The notes under the pieces are model-generated. The model worked only from the letters and a program-made list of their open reading frames with translations. It was not told where the DNA came from and did not search any database. DNA of 64,000 nt, taken from Lama glama (lineage: Eukaryota). Position numbers and translations under genes: made by a program. The DNA lies in contig CM052817.1 in the NCBI GenBank assembly GCA_028534125.1, forward strand, positions 47,370,001 through 47,434,000. Reading direction: 5' to 3'. Within the stretch, counting starts at the first letter, position 1. Each line of letters begins with the position of its first letter. This document shows, piece by piece, positions 51,421-64,000 of this stretch.

Positions 51421-53501
51421 TGACACACAAAAGTAGTCATTTTCTCATCAGAATTATTCTAGTGAAAGAGTAGAAATCTAAATTGAATAGATATATTTTT
51501 CCTCTATGGGACTTAATGAAATTATTTGGATGTATTTATGGATAGGCAAAACTGGAAAAGTGAGAATTTTTAATCTTCCTGAATTGTTCCTTTTGTGTCT
51601 GGTTCTCACCTGCACTGTGCTGTATCTTAACAGGAAGAACTAAGAGTGTGTCCAAGGGCATATGGGAGTGAGCTCGTAAGGAGGTTGCTTTGGCTGGTGC
51701 AGAAAGTGTGACTGTGCATCATCGTGGGGTGGGTGCTGAAGGGCACTCAGTGTCTGCTTGTTGAAAGAATGAATTGGCGAAAGATAAGGTGTTTGGGGGA
51801 CTGAATAGCATCATGTACTATGCTAAGAAAAGAAGTTCAGGCTTTCTTTTCTAGGAAACTGATATTCATGAAAGTTTTTAAGCAGGCAAGTGATTCCCCT
51901 TGACCCACCCACCCTCCAGAAGTTGACTAGGCTTGTGAAAAGGTAAGCTAAAATTTGGAGAAACTGAAGACAGGGATCTTATTGTGTGACTATGATGTTT
52001 CAGCTGTTGAGCAGTTGATCTACAGTAAAAATATCTTTTAAATTCTAATGTTTTCCCAGATTTTGATGAGAAGTTATAAAATGGGATCAGACCTTTATCT
52101 TTTTTGAAATATGTTTGAAAAATACTATGAAGCTCATCTGTCACTTGTATGTTTATTCCTTTTTTATTAATATTATGTAATTATTATTCTTTGGGGCAAT
52201 TAACTGCAAGTGGCTTGTATCAAAATTATGAAGTTTGAAATATTAGTGGTATTTCCTTGTAAAATATTTTGCTTTTTTCCTATTTGAAGTAGAAAAGCTG
52301 TTAACTAATGTTCTATCTTAGGAAAATTTGCATTGACATTATAAGACATGATTCCTTCTTAAAAATTCATGAATATCCTTCTTAGTGAACTTGTAGACAA
52401 CCGAAGAGTGAAAAAAACTCAAAATAAGTAAAATTGGTGAAGGAAGTCACATTTTTTCTTTTAGGGGATTATTGCTTTTGGAAATATATTTTAAAGTTTC
52501 AGCAAGCACCTTTTTAGAAAATGATTTATTTAAACAAAATTACTATGCCAAGGTAAGGCTTATACCAGTAACATAGCAACTGTAGGTACACATTTAATTT
52601 TGTGAGAAAGATGGCAAGAAATATGGCTTGAGCTTGAAATGAATGTCTATTGCCAATTCAATAATGTAAAATATCTCATATGAAGAAAAACCACTGGTTA
52701 CGATGGTGATTTCTTATAACATTTTAATCTAAATAATATGATTTTGTCATTCATGTTTTATAAAAAAAGAACCTTAGGAATTGTTAAAATATTATATTGG
52801 TCACTGTTAGTTGTTATATACATACCATTTAAGAAATACTTCATCTAAAAAAAGGAAAAAATGATGGAAACAGATGACTGCATTATTTGACTAAAGGCTT
52901 ACTCATACACAATTTCATTTAAAAGGAACTAAAAGGTGATGGAGGGAAAACATGCGGTTTGGCACTTGAATGTCATAAAGCAAATTTAATATACTTTATT
53001 CAGTAAAGCTTTTTGAAAAAATGAAATAATTCTCAGGAAGCTAAATACTTTTATTGTTGCTCAAGGTAATTAATTACCAGAATAGTAAGAATTCTCATTG
53101 CATTTTGTGAATAACTATTTAGTGGGATGGCATGTAGTACTTTTCTTTCAGAAAATAATATATTATTGGTGGACATTTATTAAGTTACATTAGTTCAGTC
53201 CCAAGGCCCCAAACCACAAAAAAATTAAATATAGCTTAATTTTAACTTTTCCTAATATCATAATATAACATATCAAGCCTTTACTTTGCATATGCTTAAC
53301 TGTATGCTACTTGGAAGATTCCACTGATTTCAAATTAGTACTCTATTATTAAACACTATGTAAAACTAATAATAAATATGTGTAGCCAGGAATTAATAGG
53401 TAGACTTGTGATTTTGAAGGGATAGCAGTATTTCGTGGATGTTGTGATGTTTTTGATTTTGTTTTAGCACTTCTGTTCTTCCAGTGTAGCATGTAGTACA
53501 G

Positions 53502-53612
53502 AGAGGGTGACTAATTGTCCTTGTCTGCCGCAGACTGAGGGGTTTCCCTAGGACATGGACTTTTGGTGCTAAAACTAGGGTAGTCCCAGACAAACCAGGA
53601 AGGTTTGCTCTG
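53502..53612. mobile_element. MER81-like hAT-Blackjack MITE
   Basis: agggtgactaattgtcc...gactgaggggtttcc...gtcccagacaaaccagga matches recalled MER81. Confidence 0.7.
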
Positions 53613-54087
53613 TGTCCTCAAGACCTTTTCAGGGGTTTTGTTATTTTAAAATTATTTTTATAGTGATACTAAGACATTATTTGCTTCTTTCATTCTCATT
53701 CTCACTCACATGTACTGTGGAGTTTTCGAGAGTCGGTGAGAGGTATGATGCTACAACAGATTAAATTGAGAAACGCGTAGGAGAAACCAACTGTCTTTAA
53801 TTAAGTCAGATGTAAAGAGATTTTTCAAGAATGTAAAACTCTTTTTACAAAATTTTCTTTGTTTTGAAAATCATAGTTATTTTTCATAAAATGTATTATT
53901 TATATTACCATGTAATGGATTCATTATTTTATTTTAAATGAATTAATAAATATTTTTGTTTTAGTTTTTAATATAATAAGTACCAAGAAACATAATTTAC
54001 ATAAATGAAGGCTCTTTGGGAGTCCTCAATAATTTTAAAGAGTGTAATTACAAAGTGTCCTGATACCAAAAAGTTTGAGAAATACTG
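53613..54087 (+). mobile_element. Charlie1b-like hAT DNA transposon
   Basis: agaccttttcagggg...atactaagacattatttgc...; ends aaaaagtttgagaaatactg; homologous in opposite orientation to the ends of 19424-20830. Confidence 0.8.
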
Positions 54088-55799
54088 ATTGGGAATTTTT
54101 CTACATTTAAGAAGAAACTTTCACTTGTGACCAGTATCATACATTGAGCCTTCAGCAGGCTTTGTTTATAGGGCCGTGAATTCTTGTCTTACTCCTCTTA
54201 CCTCTCTGTGTAATCAGGCTGCTTCTCTGTGCTCTCATTACTGTCCATGCAGAGTAAAGGAGGGTGCCTTTAGTTTACTCTGGCTAGTTCTCACTCTAAA
54301 TCACAATAGCTGAAGTTCAACAGGAAGGGGGAAAAACAACAAGAACCACAACACTTGTGGGAACTTAAAAGTATTAAGCAGTTCCATCAGACTAAACACC
54401 CATCATATTTAATAGAAAGAATCTTGTAAATAGTAAGGGCACTTTTTTGTTTCTCCAGAACTGCCTGTGTTTTGGCATTACTGCTATTCATGTGTTACCT
54501 ATTATTGATATTTATGAACATAGACATACACATGACTCCACCTAGCAGTTGTAAGACAGGAAAGAATTCTTGTTTTCTTCACTTTCTGGGCCTGAGTTCT
54601 TGTTAGTACTGAAATAATTAAAGCCGTGCGATTCTAGGAGAGCTCATCCTACTATTGCTGCTGGTTCATAGTGGCCCAACAGGGAGACCTGGCTGTGAGC
54701 TTTGGAACTGGTGAATGTTGCTGACCACTTAACACCAGCAGAAGGTATTCTGTGTCAACCTAAACGCACTTCAACCTGAACACTTACTTGAGAGTGATGC
54801 ATTGTGACAGCAAAGGTGTGGGCAGAAAGATTCAGGAGGATTTAATGAAATGTGTGAAACACTCTAGACTCCGCCTGATGCACATCAGATCAACAAATGT
54901 AGTTCTTCAAAATAACAAATACTTTAGCCTCATGTTTGATGTGTCCAGGTCAAGACTTGTTTTGCAATAAGGTATAAATTTTGTTTGACACATATGCCTT
55001 CTCCTTTTCTTGGAATGGTACACGTTCGTTAATGTCGCATCTCAGAACAAGAACACTGGAAGAAACTCAAGGCATGAGATGAGTGCTGCAGAGCAAGGGT
55101 AAATTTAGAGTGAAATAGAGGGAATTAGGAAAAGTCTTTATCTATGGAGCTTGATAATGGACATTTGCTGCTACCAGACTTCTAGCTGGAGAGATGCTTT
55201 AGCATTTTAATGTGACTTGCAGACAGGGTGTGGCTCTTGATCAGGAGCTAACATTAATGATCAAGGTCAGCTGTGGTTAAAGCTTGTTTTTTCCATCATA
55301 AGAAGATCATCAGGGGAAAAAGTCAGTATATTTCAGTACTGTAAACTGTTTGAGGCTGTTTCAGCCATTTGGCAGCTCTATAAACAGAGTAGGGTTTCAT
55401 TGAAAGAATGAGAACTGAGAAATATATGTTCTTTGCCTTCCAGCTGAGGTGGATGCTGTTCCAATGTAGAACTAGCTTCTGGGTGTTAATTTTAAGAATT
55501 GCATCTTGTGACTTTTTTTCTGAAAATATTATAAATATCATAAATAAGTATCCTGAAATATATAAAAAGTTTGACATATACTTTTCTTTTGATGTGAGCT
55601 AAATTTAATGACTATGTAGAAAATGTGAAAAGGAAATCCATTATAGGTTGTTGGTAACATCAGTGTAAAATAAGGTGAATGGGCTCAAGGTGATTTCCAG
55701 GATCACTCTCAGTTCTAAAATTCTTATCATTTTTACTAGTTCTTTTTAAGACATAAGTATTATGCTCTTTATTTGAATTTTTAACGAGGTAGAGTAGTG

Positions 55800-56260
55800 T
55801 ATCTGTCACGGTCCTGGTGGGGAGCAGTGACATTCTTAAAAAGGTTTCATTAGAAGAGTATTGTGTAGGGACTCTTTAAGTGGGTGTGCACAGAGATAAG
55901 GAAACCAGCATGGGATGGTGAGGCACCCAGAACCTTGAGTCTCAAGCACTGAATGTTGTTTTGTCCCAAGGTCTCAAAGGGCAAGGCAGGGAAATGGTAC
56001 TAAAGTTGGGGCCTGGAAGGGAGTACTTGAGGAAACTAGACACTACCACTCTCAGATATATGGTGTGGTAGGGAGCAAAACAAACACCTAACTTTCTCTT
56101 CTCTCATCTACTCACATAGAGGATCTTATGGCCCAGTCTAAGACGTGGCATATATCACTTCCACCAGTATTCCATTGGCTAGTATCTGAATACATCTACT
56201 TGCAGGGAAGGCTGGGAAATGCAGTCTTCTGCTGTGTGCATGGAAAGAAGAGGAAAACAC
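55800..56260. mobile_element. MaLR LTR-like remnants
   Basis: aaggaaaccagcatgggatggtgaggcaccca and cacttccaccagtattccattggc...gggaaggctgggaaatgcagtc. Confidence 0.5.
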
Positions 56261-56264
56261 AGCT

Positions 56265-56400
56265 ACATCATTTATTTACTTGTTTATTGTCTTCACTAGT
56301 ATTTTAAACTTTATAGGGCAGGACTTTGTCATATTCCTCACTATATCCCAGTTCCTGGACCAGTGAATGAGCCACAGTAAGGACTCAAAACATTTTTGTT
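56265..56400 (+). mobile_element. L2 3' end
   Basis: agggcaggactttgtc...tatcccagttcctggaccagtg...cagtaaggactcaaaacatttttg. Confidence 0.7.
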
Positions 56401-56964
56401 AGGAGGAAGTTTCACAGGAATCCATGAATCATTTTGGGCATTCTGCCATCATTCTTTCTTCCCACTGTTATTTATGCCCACTGAGTGTTCTATTTGTATC
56501 ACTTTCATTTCTTTCCTTACAGCTTTTCCTTTGTTCTCTGGTTTGATTTATGTTTTGCTTTATGGGTATTCAGTTGGTCTAGTAAAAGGGGCTCCATTGA
56601 TGGAACCAGAAGCCATCCTACAGTCTTAACAGTTCCTGTTCCATTTTTGAATTCCATTATATATTCTCAGGTTTCCATCTAACTGGCTACTATTTATTTG
56701 TTGCTGATGCCTTCAAATTTCCTTTGCTATTGTCCCCATCAATTTCTGTTATAATCTCTTGCCTCATCTCAGGACTTGTCTCCTATTCCCCCAAACTTTT
56801 TCCTTGAGTTCTTGTAACAGTTTTGAAAGCTTTGTCTCTATCACCAGACCTTCCATCTCTTCACTATACAACTTTGTCTAAACAATTAAAAATAATATGT
56901 AAGCATCAAGTATTTGCTTTTATTCACTCCATGTCCTTCTTTTTCTACCTTAACTCTAATTCCA

Positions 56965-57560
56965 TTCTTTGTTTTCCATTGCTGTGTAACAAACCACCCA
57001 GATTTGGGTGTGAAACAACAGCCATTTTATTATGCTCATGGATTTTGTGTGGCAGGACTTCAGAAAGGGCAAGTGTGGATGATTTGTCTTTGTTCCAGAA
57101 TGTCTGGGTCCTCATCTGGGATTGCTCAAAAGAATGGGAGTGAGTGAATGGCTGAGTGTTGGGACTATATGGAGGTTTCTTCATTCACATGTCTGGTGAT
57201 TGGGCTGAGTGATTCAGAGGCCTGGACTGTTACCAGAGTGCCTACCTGTGGCCTCTTCATGTGACTTGGACCTCTCACAGTGTGACAGCTGGTTTTGAGA
57301 GGAAGCATTTGGAAAGAGAGTGTTCCTTAAGACTGGCAGAAGCTTTAAGTCTTCTTCCAAACTAGGCTCAGAAATCACACAGTGATACCTCCACTACATT
57401 TTCTTTCATTACAAGTGAATCACAAAAGCTGCTCAGGGTTCAAGGGGAGGGCAATTAAACTCTTCCTCTTGATAGGGGAGTGGCAAGGTCATGCTGAGAA
57501 AAGCAATTTGGAATGGGAGACTGTGTTCTGGGCCATCTTTGGAAAATAAAATGTGCCACA
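56965..57560 (-). mobile_element. MaLR solo LTR (MLT1H-like)
   Basis: attgctgtgtaacaaaccaccc at the left and ggccatctttggaaaataaaatgtgccaca at the right, the reverse complement of an MLT1 start. Confidence 0.8.
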
Positions 57561-57621
57561 TTGACATATATCCAATTCATGGGATTTCGTCTGTTTAACT
57601 CAATGAGGTTGAAATGCCCTG

Positions 57622-57779
57622 AGGCTTTGTTACTCAAAGTGTTATCCAGGGACCAGAAGCATCCACATCATCTGGGTGCTTATTTGAAATTTAGAATCTC
57701 AGACCTGTGAATCAGCATTTGTATTAATAAGATCTCCAGCTAGCTGATGCATTGAAGCTTTAAACTTTGAGAAACACTG
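57622..57779. mobile_element. MER5A-type MITE
   Basis: tactcaaagtgttatccagggaccagaagcatc ... tttgagaaacactg. Confidence 0.75.
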
Positions 57780-58498
57780 CCCTAGGAGCCATCAACCCTG
57801 ATGCCGCTTGCCAATCCAATGATTTAAATTATATTATTTATATATAAATTTATATATATATTATAAAAATATAACTGTAATTTATATATAATATTAATTG
57901 TAATCTAGCTTCTCTTTTTTGGAACAGCAAATATGTCTTTCTATGTGTACCCTCAAAATGTAGTATAATGCACAATCCTGACTATATAATTATTAATCAT
58001 TAATCATAATTATTAATCATTAATCTCCTTGACTCAGGAAGGTTTGGAATGGCTATGTACTTTGGTATGTATTATAATGTTATAATGCTATTTTGAATAA
58101 TTTCTAAGGTGAAAAAGTTAAATTCTTTTGAATTTTACATTCCCCTTAAACTATTTTTTAATTGTTGGAATTTATAAAGCTTTTTCTTTCCTGTAACAGC
58201 TGACTGTTAGTATATACCTATTTCCTGCTAAATGAAAGAATATGATTTAAAATTTTCCTTGTAACTGTTAATTTGACAGCCTGACTCATTCTGCAAACTC
58301 TTAAAAACCTGAGAACTGTATACATATTTTATTATATCTTTAGTAGATGACTATTATGTATTTTAATTATTACATAGAGTTCAATTCACAGATTCCATTT
58401 ACTCATGTTTCCTTTAAATAGTCATCTTTTTAAAATTTGTTTTAGCATAAGGGAGTAAATATCCCAGAATTCATTTTGATTGGCACATGATTTTTAAG

Positions 58499-58690
58499 CA
58501 GTTTTTCTCAAACTATAATTTGCAGACTACTGTTATCTGCAGCATTTAACAAGAAGTGCTTGTTAAAATTGCAGATTTCTGATCCCCATCCCAGGCCTTT
58601 TGAATCAGACTCTCTGGAGTTGAAACATGGAAAAATCTCTGAGGTTGGGACCTAATTTCTTTGGCACACTAAAATTTGCGACCTACTTTA
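58499..58690. mobile_element. MER5-type MITE
   Basis: cagtttttctcaaac ... cttgttaaaattgcagatttctgatccccatcccagg...tgaatcagactctctgg. Confidence 0.7.
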
Positions 58691-61600
58691 CATTAATCTT
58701 ATAATCATATTTCAAGTTATTTGTCATGGGAATGAGTGGGTCTTGGAATATTGGCAGGGCACAGCTTTTCAAATACACGTCTTTCCTGGGAGCTCCACTA
58801 TTGGAAGATAATTTAATTGAAAGTCATTTTCGTGATTAATCTAGTAAAACTCTTGTAGTTTTTCAGATTATGAAACTGAGCGCCAAAGAACTTAAATTAA
58901 CTTTCAAAAGTCATGCTAATTAGTAGCAAAGCTATGATCAAAACCCAAATCTTGTGTGAATCAAGCAAGATTCCTCTTTTATGCTAAGATGAAGTAGGTT
59001 TCATCTTATCTTTAAGCCTGGCAAGTATATTAATGACAAGATCATAAAGGAAGTTCTGAACATTTAATCAGAAGGGATCTATTGGTTTCCTGAACTGATC
59101 ATATTAATAAAGTGAATATTTGTAGTCTTTGATCTTATTAGTCATCGAATTCAAGTTTTTTCTTAGCAATTTCTTATATATCCTTATAAATCTCATTGTG
59201 ACTTGGGGAAATTACCAGATAAAATGCTTTGCTGTGAAAAACTCAATATAAAAAACCAAATCTGATATGCTAGGTATGATTTATTCTCTTTATGAAAAAG
59301 AACCAAAGTTTTCTTTAAATAAATAAAGTATTTATATGCCATATATTCCACAAATGTCAAATGCTTATGAAAATCATCTTACTAGAGATTTTTAAGACTT
59401 TCTGAAAATTAGGGTAGGGAGAACCTCTCCCTTCATTCATCTCCAGACTCCATCCCCTTCACATCCTTCTCCCTTCTTCACTTTTGTATCCCATCCTTTC
59501 CCTCTGTAGTTGTACAAGCACAGCAGCTATGAGTGAGCCATAGTAAACATGGTTTCTTTGTAGGGTGTGCAATCATTAAACTGACTTTTAAATTGCAAAA
59601 GGGTACTTAAGAGTGTTACATAATTTTAGTTTTTCCATTTTCTGCTTCCTTCCACAAAAGAAAAGATCAACTGTATTTTCCATGCTTGAACATTTTTTGA
59701 TGTTTTACCTTTACAGATATTTAGCAACAAATTTATCATGACTGTTGTGGCACGTCTGCACTAGGCACATATACAAGGAGGTGGAGGAGGGCCTAATGTG
59801 CATTTTTAGTGTATAGTGAAAGGCGCAAGGACTCCTCAGAAGTTCCTGTTTTGTCCCTCTGTATCTTACTCATGCTCATTCTCTCGTTTTGCTGAATTTG
59901 GAACCTAAAGCTCGGTTGGACTAGTTTTTCTTCTCTTCTTTCTTTCCTTTTTAATTCATTGAAAAAAATTTTATTTGCCCTTTTGTTCTTCTCTTATTGG
60001 CTACTTTGATTCAGTTTCTTTGTTCTTATTGATATTGTTGGTTTGTTTTGTTTTATGTTTTAAACAACGAGAGGCAATAAATGACAAAAAAACGTGATGT
60101 TTTGGTTCACATAAGCCCTCTGCCAAGATTCATGAGGTTATATCTTGGGTATGCATATTTATTAATGTAGATGGAATTCACAGCTACATAAAATCATCAC
60201 CCAAATTAAAAATAAATGCATTTAATACTTATATTTTATGTTGTACAACATCAATCATTAAGAAATTAGAGGAAAACAAGATTTAGAGTCATGAGCTGTC
60301 ACATTTTATGCTAAAAATGATAAAAATAATTCAGCCTCAACTTTCTGAGGGCTACTCAGATACTTGTGAAGTATTGAATAATGCTAAACATTGTTAATAC
60401 ACTTAAATCCGATAATTTACACATTTCTAGAGCAATATGCTTTCTTGTTGCAAATTAAACCATAGTGTCTTAGTTTTCCCTTGAAGTATATAGGGCTTGC
60501 ACTTTAACTCAGCAAGTACCTACCTCCTTCAATATGATAAAGATATAGGGCAGTTTATATGCATTCACACAATAAACTATTGAAAATAGAAGGAAAACAT
60601 ACCCAAGAAAAATTCATTTCCAAGGATTCATGGCACAAGATTATCTTAAAGGTAGAATACAAATTGGACTTTTGAGTTTTCTCACAGATATTGGTTAATT
60701 ATATAATATAAAGTGCTTGTAAAATAAAAATGAACCTGTTTCTCAGGAGAGGCAAAACTGTTCCTATTAATAAATCTGAGAGATTTTTCCCCCCTGATGC
60801 TAACATAGCAAACAGAGTATGATATTGAGAGAGGTCCTCAACAGCAAACATACTGTTGTTACACTAACGAGCTTCCTAGGGCTCTTTTTGTGTAATCTTC
60901 ATCATAGGCTGATGTGCTGGCACTTTCACATAGTTGAATGAAAATAGTCTTATTAGTGGCCCAAATAATGATGGCCTGGCTTAATGGTGAGGCAGGGGCT
61001 GGTAACGGAGATTAGAGAAAATAAAGCAATTAAACCAGATGTCTAGAAAATCCTTTAGCCTTCAGTAAATCTTCCTAGAATTTTATTTCTTGCAACCTAG
61101 ATTTTGATAAGAATCAGGCAGCAGAGGCTTGGAGGTTATGCTGTCTAATAAAGAAACTGAAATGGTGATGTCTAATGTCACTGGTTAAGGTTAGACCCAA
61201 TTGTTTTAGCAATTAATTGTGTCAAGGTTTATTCAGTCAAATGGCTTTTTTTTTTTTTAAACTTATGACTCTAGCTCTAACACCTGCCTGACTAGAGGGC
61301 CTATTCACTCCCTTCACAGAGAAGATTCTGCAAATACACATTCAGTGTCATCAATTTGGGGGATTATGTTAGATGCTGTTGAGATACAGAAGTCACTCCG
61401 AAGGGATCGTTGTTGAATGAAACTCCAGCCAAACCCACATAGAAATACAGAATTTGATCAGATTTATTTTTTAGTTCAGTTGACATCTTACTCAACATCT
61501 CTTAATTTCCAGGTAGTAGAACAGTTGACATAAGTAACTGTAATAAAAGATTGACTATGGTAAGTGCCATAGAAATATAGATAAAATGCTGGGAGTCCAA

Positions 61601-63702
61601 AAAGAGTAAAAATTACTTCTGGCTATAGAATAAGGGAAGACTTTATGGAAACCAATGGCATGGCTTCAGGGATATTTTAGCTACTTCTCACTCTTCGTAA
61701 ACTCTATCCAAATGCATTCCAAATAATTAAGCTTCTTTATGTAAGTAAAGAAATAATGCTTTTGTTTGACAGATATAGCTTTTGAGTCTGTTCTCCTCAT
61801 TCCATTTTCTAACACTTCTCACTACGTTGCCTTCTCCTGTGCCTCCTCTCTCGAAATTTTGAGGGTGTCATTGAAATTCTAACCAAAATTCAGGAAAGAT
61901 ATGAAAATCATACTTGTATAATAATATCTGTCCATTCTAATGATAAAATGGAACTAGGCAATGTATTTTATTGACACATTGACAGAATAAATGCTGAAGG
62001 AAGCAACACAGTAAAATGACAATTCTCAAAATGTGTTTTTATGAACCTTAGTGAGCTAAGATGGAGTTGTTGTACTGCTGAAGTACAATTATAGTCTTTC
62101 TTGAATATTATATTTTACATTTAATCTCTCTCACATATACACACAACATTAATATAAAATTTTATCAGTGTGTCTTCTAGGTATTTAAAACTAAACTAAA
62201 TTTAATTAAACTAGCTTAATTCAAACTTAAACTAGAAATTTGAAACTTATTATTGCTTTTCTATGGTATGACCTAGTATAAGATTATAATCAATTTGCAC
62301 AGAATAATGGATATTGAGTTAGCTCAGCTTCAATTATGTATTGCATTATTTGGCACATATTTCTTGGCATTCTAAAAAAAGCTATCTAGCTCTCCTCTCC
62401 TTCCTTAATAGATTTGAGAGTCACTGCAGTAAAATGACATTTAAGTGTCACAATTAAAAATAGAATGTTTCCATAGCATAAGATTTTTTAGAATATCTAG
62501 CACAGAATTTTCAAGAAAAGGTTAGTAATTTTTGTTGGAATTCTTTTTAAAATGTCTTTTATATGATTTTCATTTTAAACTCAGTTGAACACAAATTAGT
62601 CTTTTCTTAGTGACTGCTGTTTGCTATTACAGACATGCAGAGACTGGAGCTTTACATTTGCTGTAGTGCTTTACAGTCTTACAAAGAGCATTTACAGACA
62701 TTATCTCATCTGAAGCTCCCTGGACCCCACACCCCTTACCCTTGTTGGCCATTTACATTCTGATGAGGATTAGGAAGCCATCTAACCTGGTTTATTAGAA
62801 CTGGGTGTCAAATATAGCTGTGAGGACCCCTCCTAGTGAGTAAGGAGGGTGGCCTTTGTAATAGCTGTTTCTATGCTCAGAAGCTATTTGGCTTAATTCT
62901 GGTTCTTGGCAGTGTTTAAGTTGAGTGATGTAGCTGGAAGAGTTGCCAGATGAGAGGGGACTTATGCAGCTGGCTTTTTAGCATAGATCATTGTTTTATA
63001 AATATCCCCTGAAAACTGATGTCAAAGGGATTGTATGAAGATTTAATTAAAATATAATAAAATGTTTACTACAATGTGCTTAATGCTGTAATACACATAG
63101 TAAATATTTAAACAATTAATCTGTGCTAAATCTTGGAAAGTAGTTTGAGAAATACCATAAATAGTTTCTGTATTTTCACATGGGATCATAGAATGGTAAA
63201 TGTGGAGGGCTTTGTGTCATAAAGGGGAATTTATGAAGTATTGTCTTGATACCATACGTCAGTTAAAGAGCATTAAAGATGGATTAGAAATGATTGCATC
63301 TGTTTAAACAGAATCCTTCAGCACCATATGTAATCTTGTGTGTGACGTTTCTAAATATTTCTAAGTTATAATTTAAGAGTTGTAAATTTCTGGAAGTATT
63401 ATAAATAATAGTAGTACTTAGAATGTCATGGTCTGAGACTTCTTAATTTTATATATATTGGGTTTTATTCCTTTCAGTCACTCCGTTATATACTGTGAAA
63501 TAAAACTACAGGGCTTGAAGGCAGGAGTGTGAGTTATTTAATATAATAAATAAAAATGCATGATCTTTGAGCTTCCAAAAATATTCATTGAATGCATGAC
63601 TATCTAAATGAATATATTAGTGAATAAAAGAAACTTCACTACTTAACTGTTGGTGCTGATGATTTTTTACATGGGACAGTCTCATCTAAAAGCATGAGTG
63701 CC

Positions 63703-63778
63703 TTTTTTTTCCTTTTAACTGAAGTGTAGTTGGTTTACAATATTGTGTTAGTTTCAGCTGTACAGCAAAGTGATTCAG

Positions 63779-63814
<36 letters not shown>

Positions 63815-64000
63815 TTTAAATTGCATTCCATTATTGGTTATTATGAGATATTGAATATGTTTCATTGTACAGTACAGTAAATCCTTGTTGCTTATCTATT
63901 TTATGTATAGTAGTTTGTGTCTGTTAATCCCATTCTCCTAATTTGTCCCTTCTTCTGTTCCTCTCCCCTTTTGGTAACTGTAGTTTGTTTTCTAAGTCTG
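63703..64000 (-). mobile_element. L1 3' end running off the window, with (AT)n at 63780-63810
   Basis: T-tail then gaagtgtagttggtttacaatattgtgttagtttcagctgtacagcaaagtgattcagtt. Confidence 0.88.

Noticed and set aside
1..64000. CRISPR arrays, operons, tRNA/rRNA genes, CpG-island promoter, processed pseudogene, ERV internal genes
   Set aside because: None seen by eye; there is no regularly spaced repeat-spacer array or long CpG island. Small ncRNAs cannot be excluded without a covariance-model search

Overview
Mammalian (eutherian) genomic DNA, AT-rich and repeat-dense, with one 500-N scaffold gap (18142-18641). The young L1 3' ends resemble camelid-type L1 and I saw no Alu, Bov-A/tA, PRE-1 or Can-SINE copies, so a camel/alpaca-like genome is my tentative guess. 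I recognise no known protein-coding exon, RNA gene or CRISPR array. The ORFs I can assign are L1 ORF2 remnants, low-complexity artefacts or gap artefacts; the rest look like chance ORFs. A visible T>A/G>C skew on + and mostly minus-strand L1s suggest the window lies in a large intron of a plus-strand gene. Supported content: L1 (young and old), L2, MIR, MaLR LTRs and DNA transposons (Charlie1a/1b, MER5, MER2, MER81, ORSL-like), several with readable target-site duplications. The most interesting unexplained signal is in unique sequence at 7.1-13.2 kb: a speculative minus-strand chain of exon-like segments that splices in frame into an 81-aa ORF. Its middle segment can alternatively be read as a plus-strand exon encoding a hydrophobic tail. 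Both are hypotheses only. Repeat family names come from recalled consensus sequences, not a database search, and most repeat boundaries are approximate.
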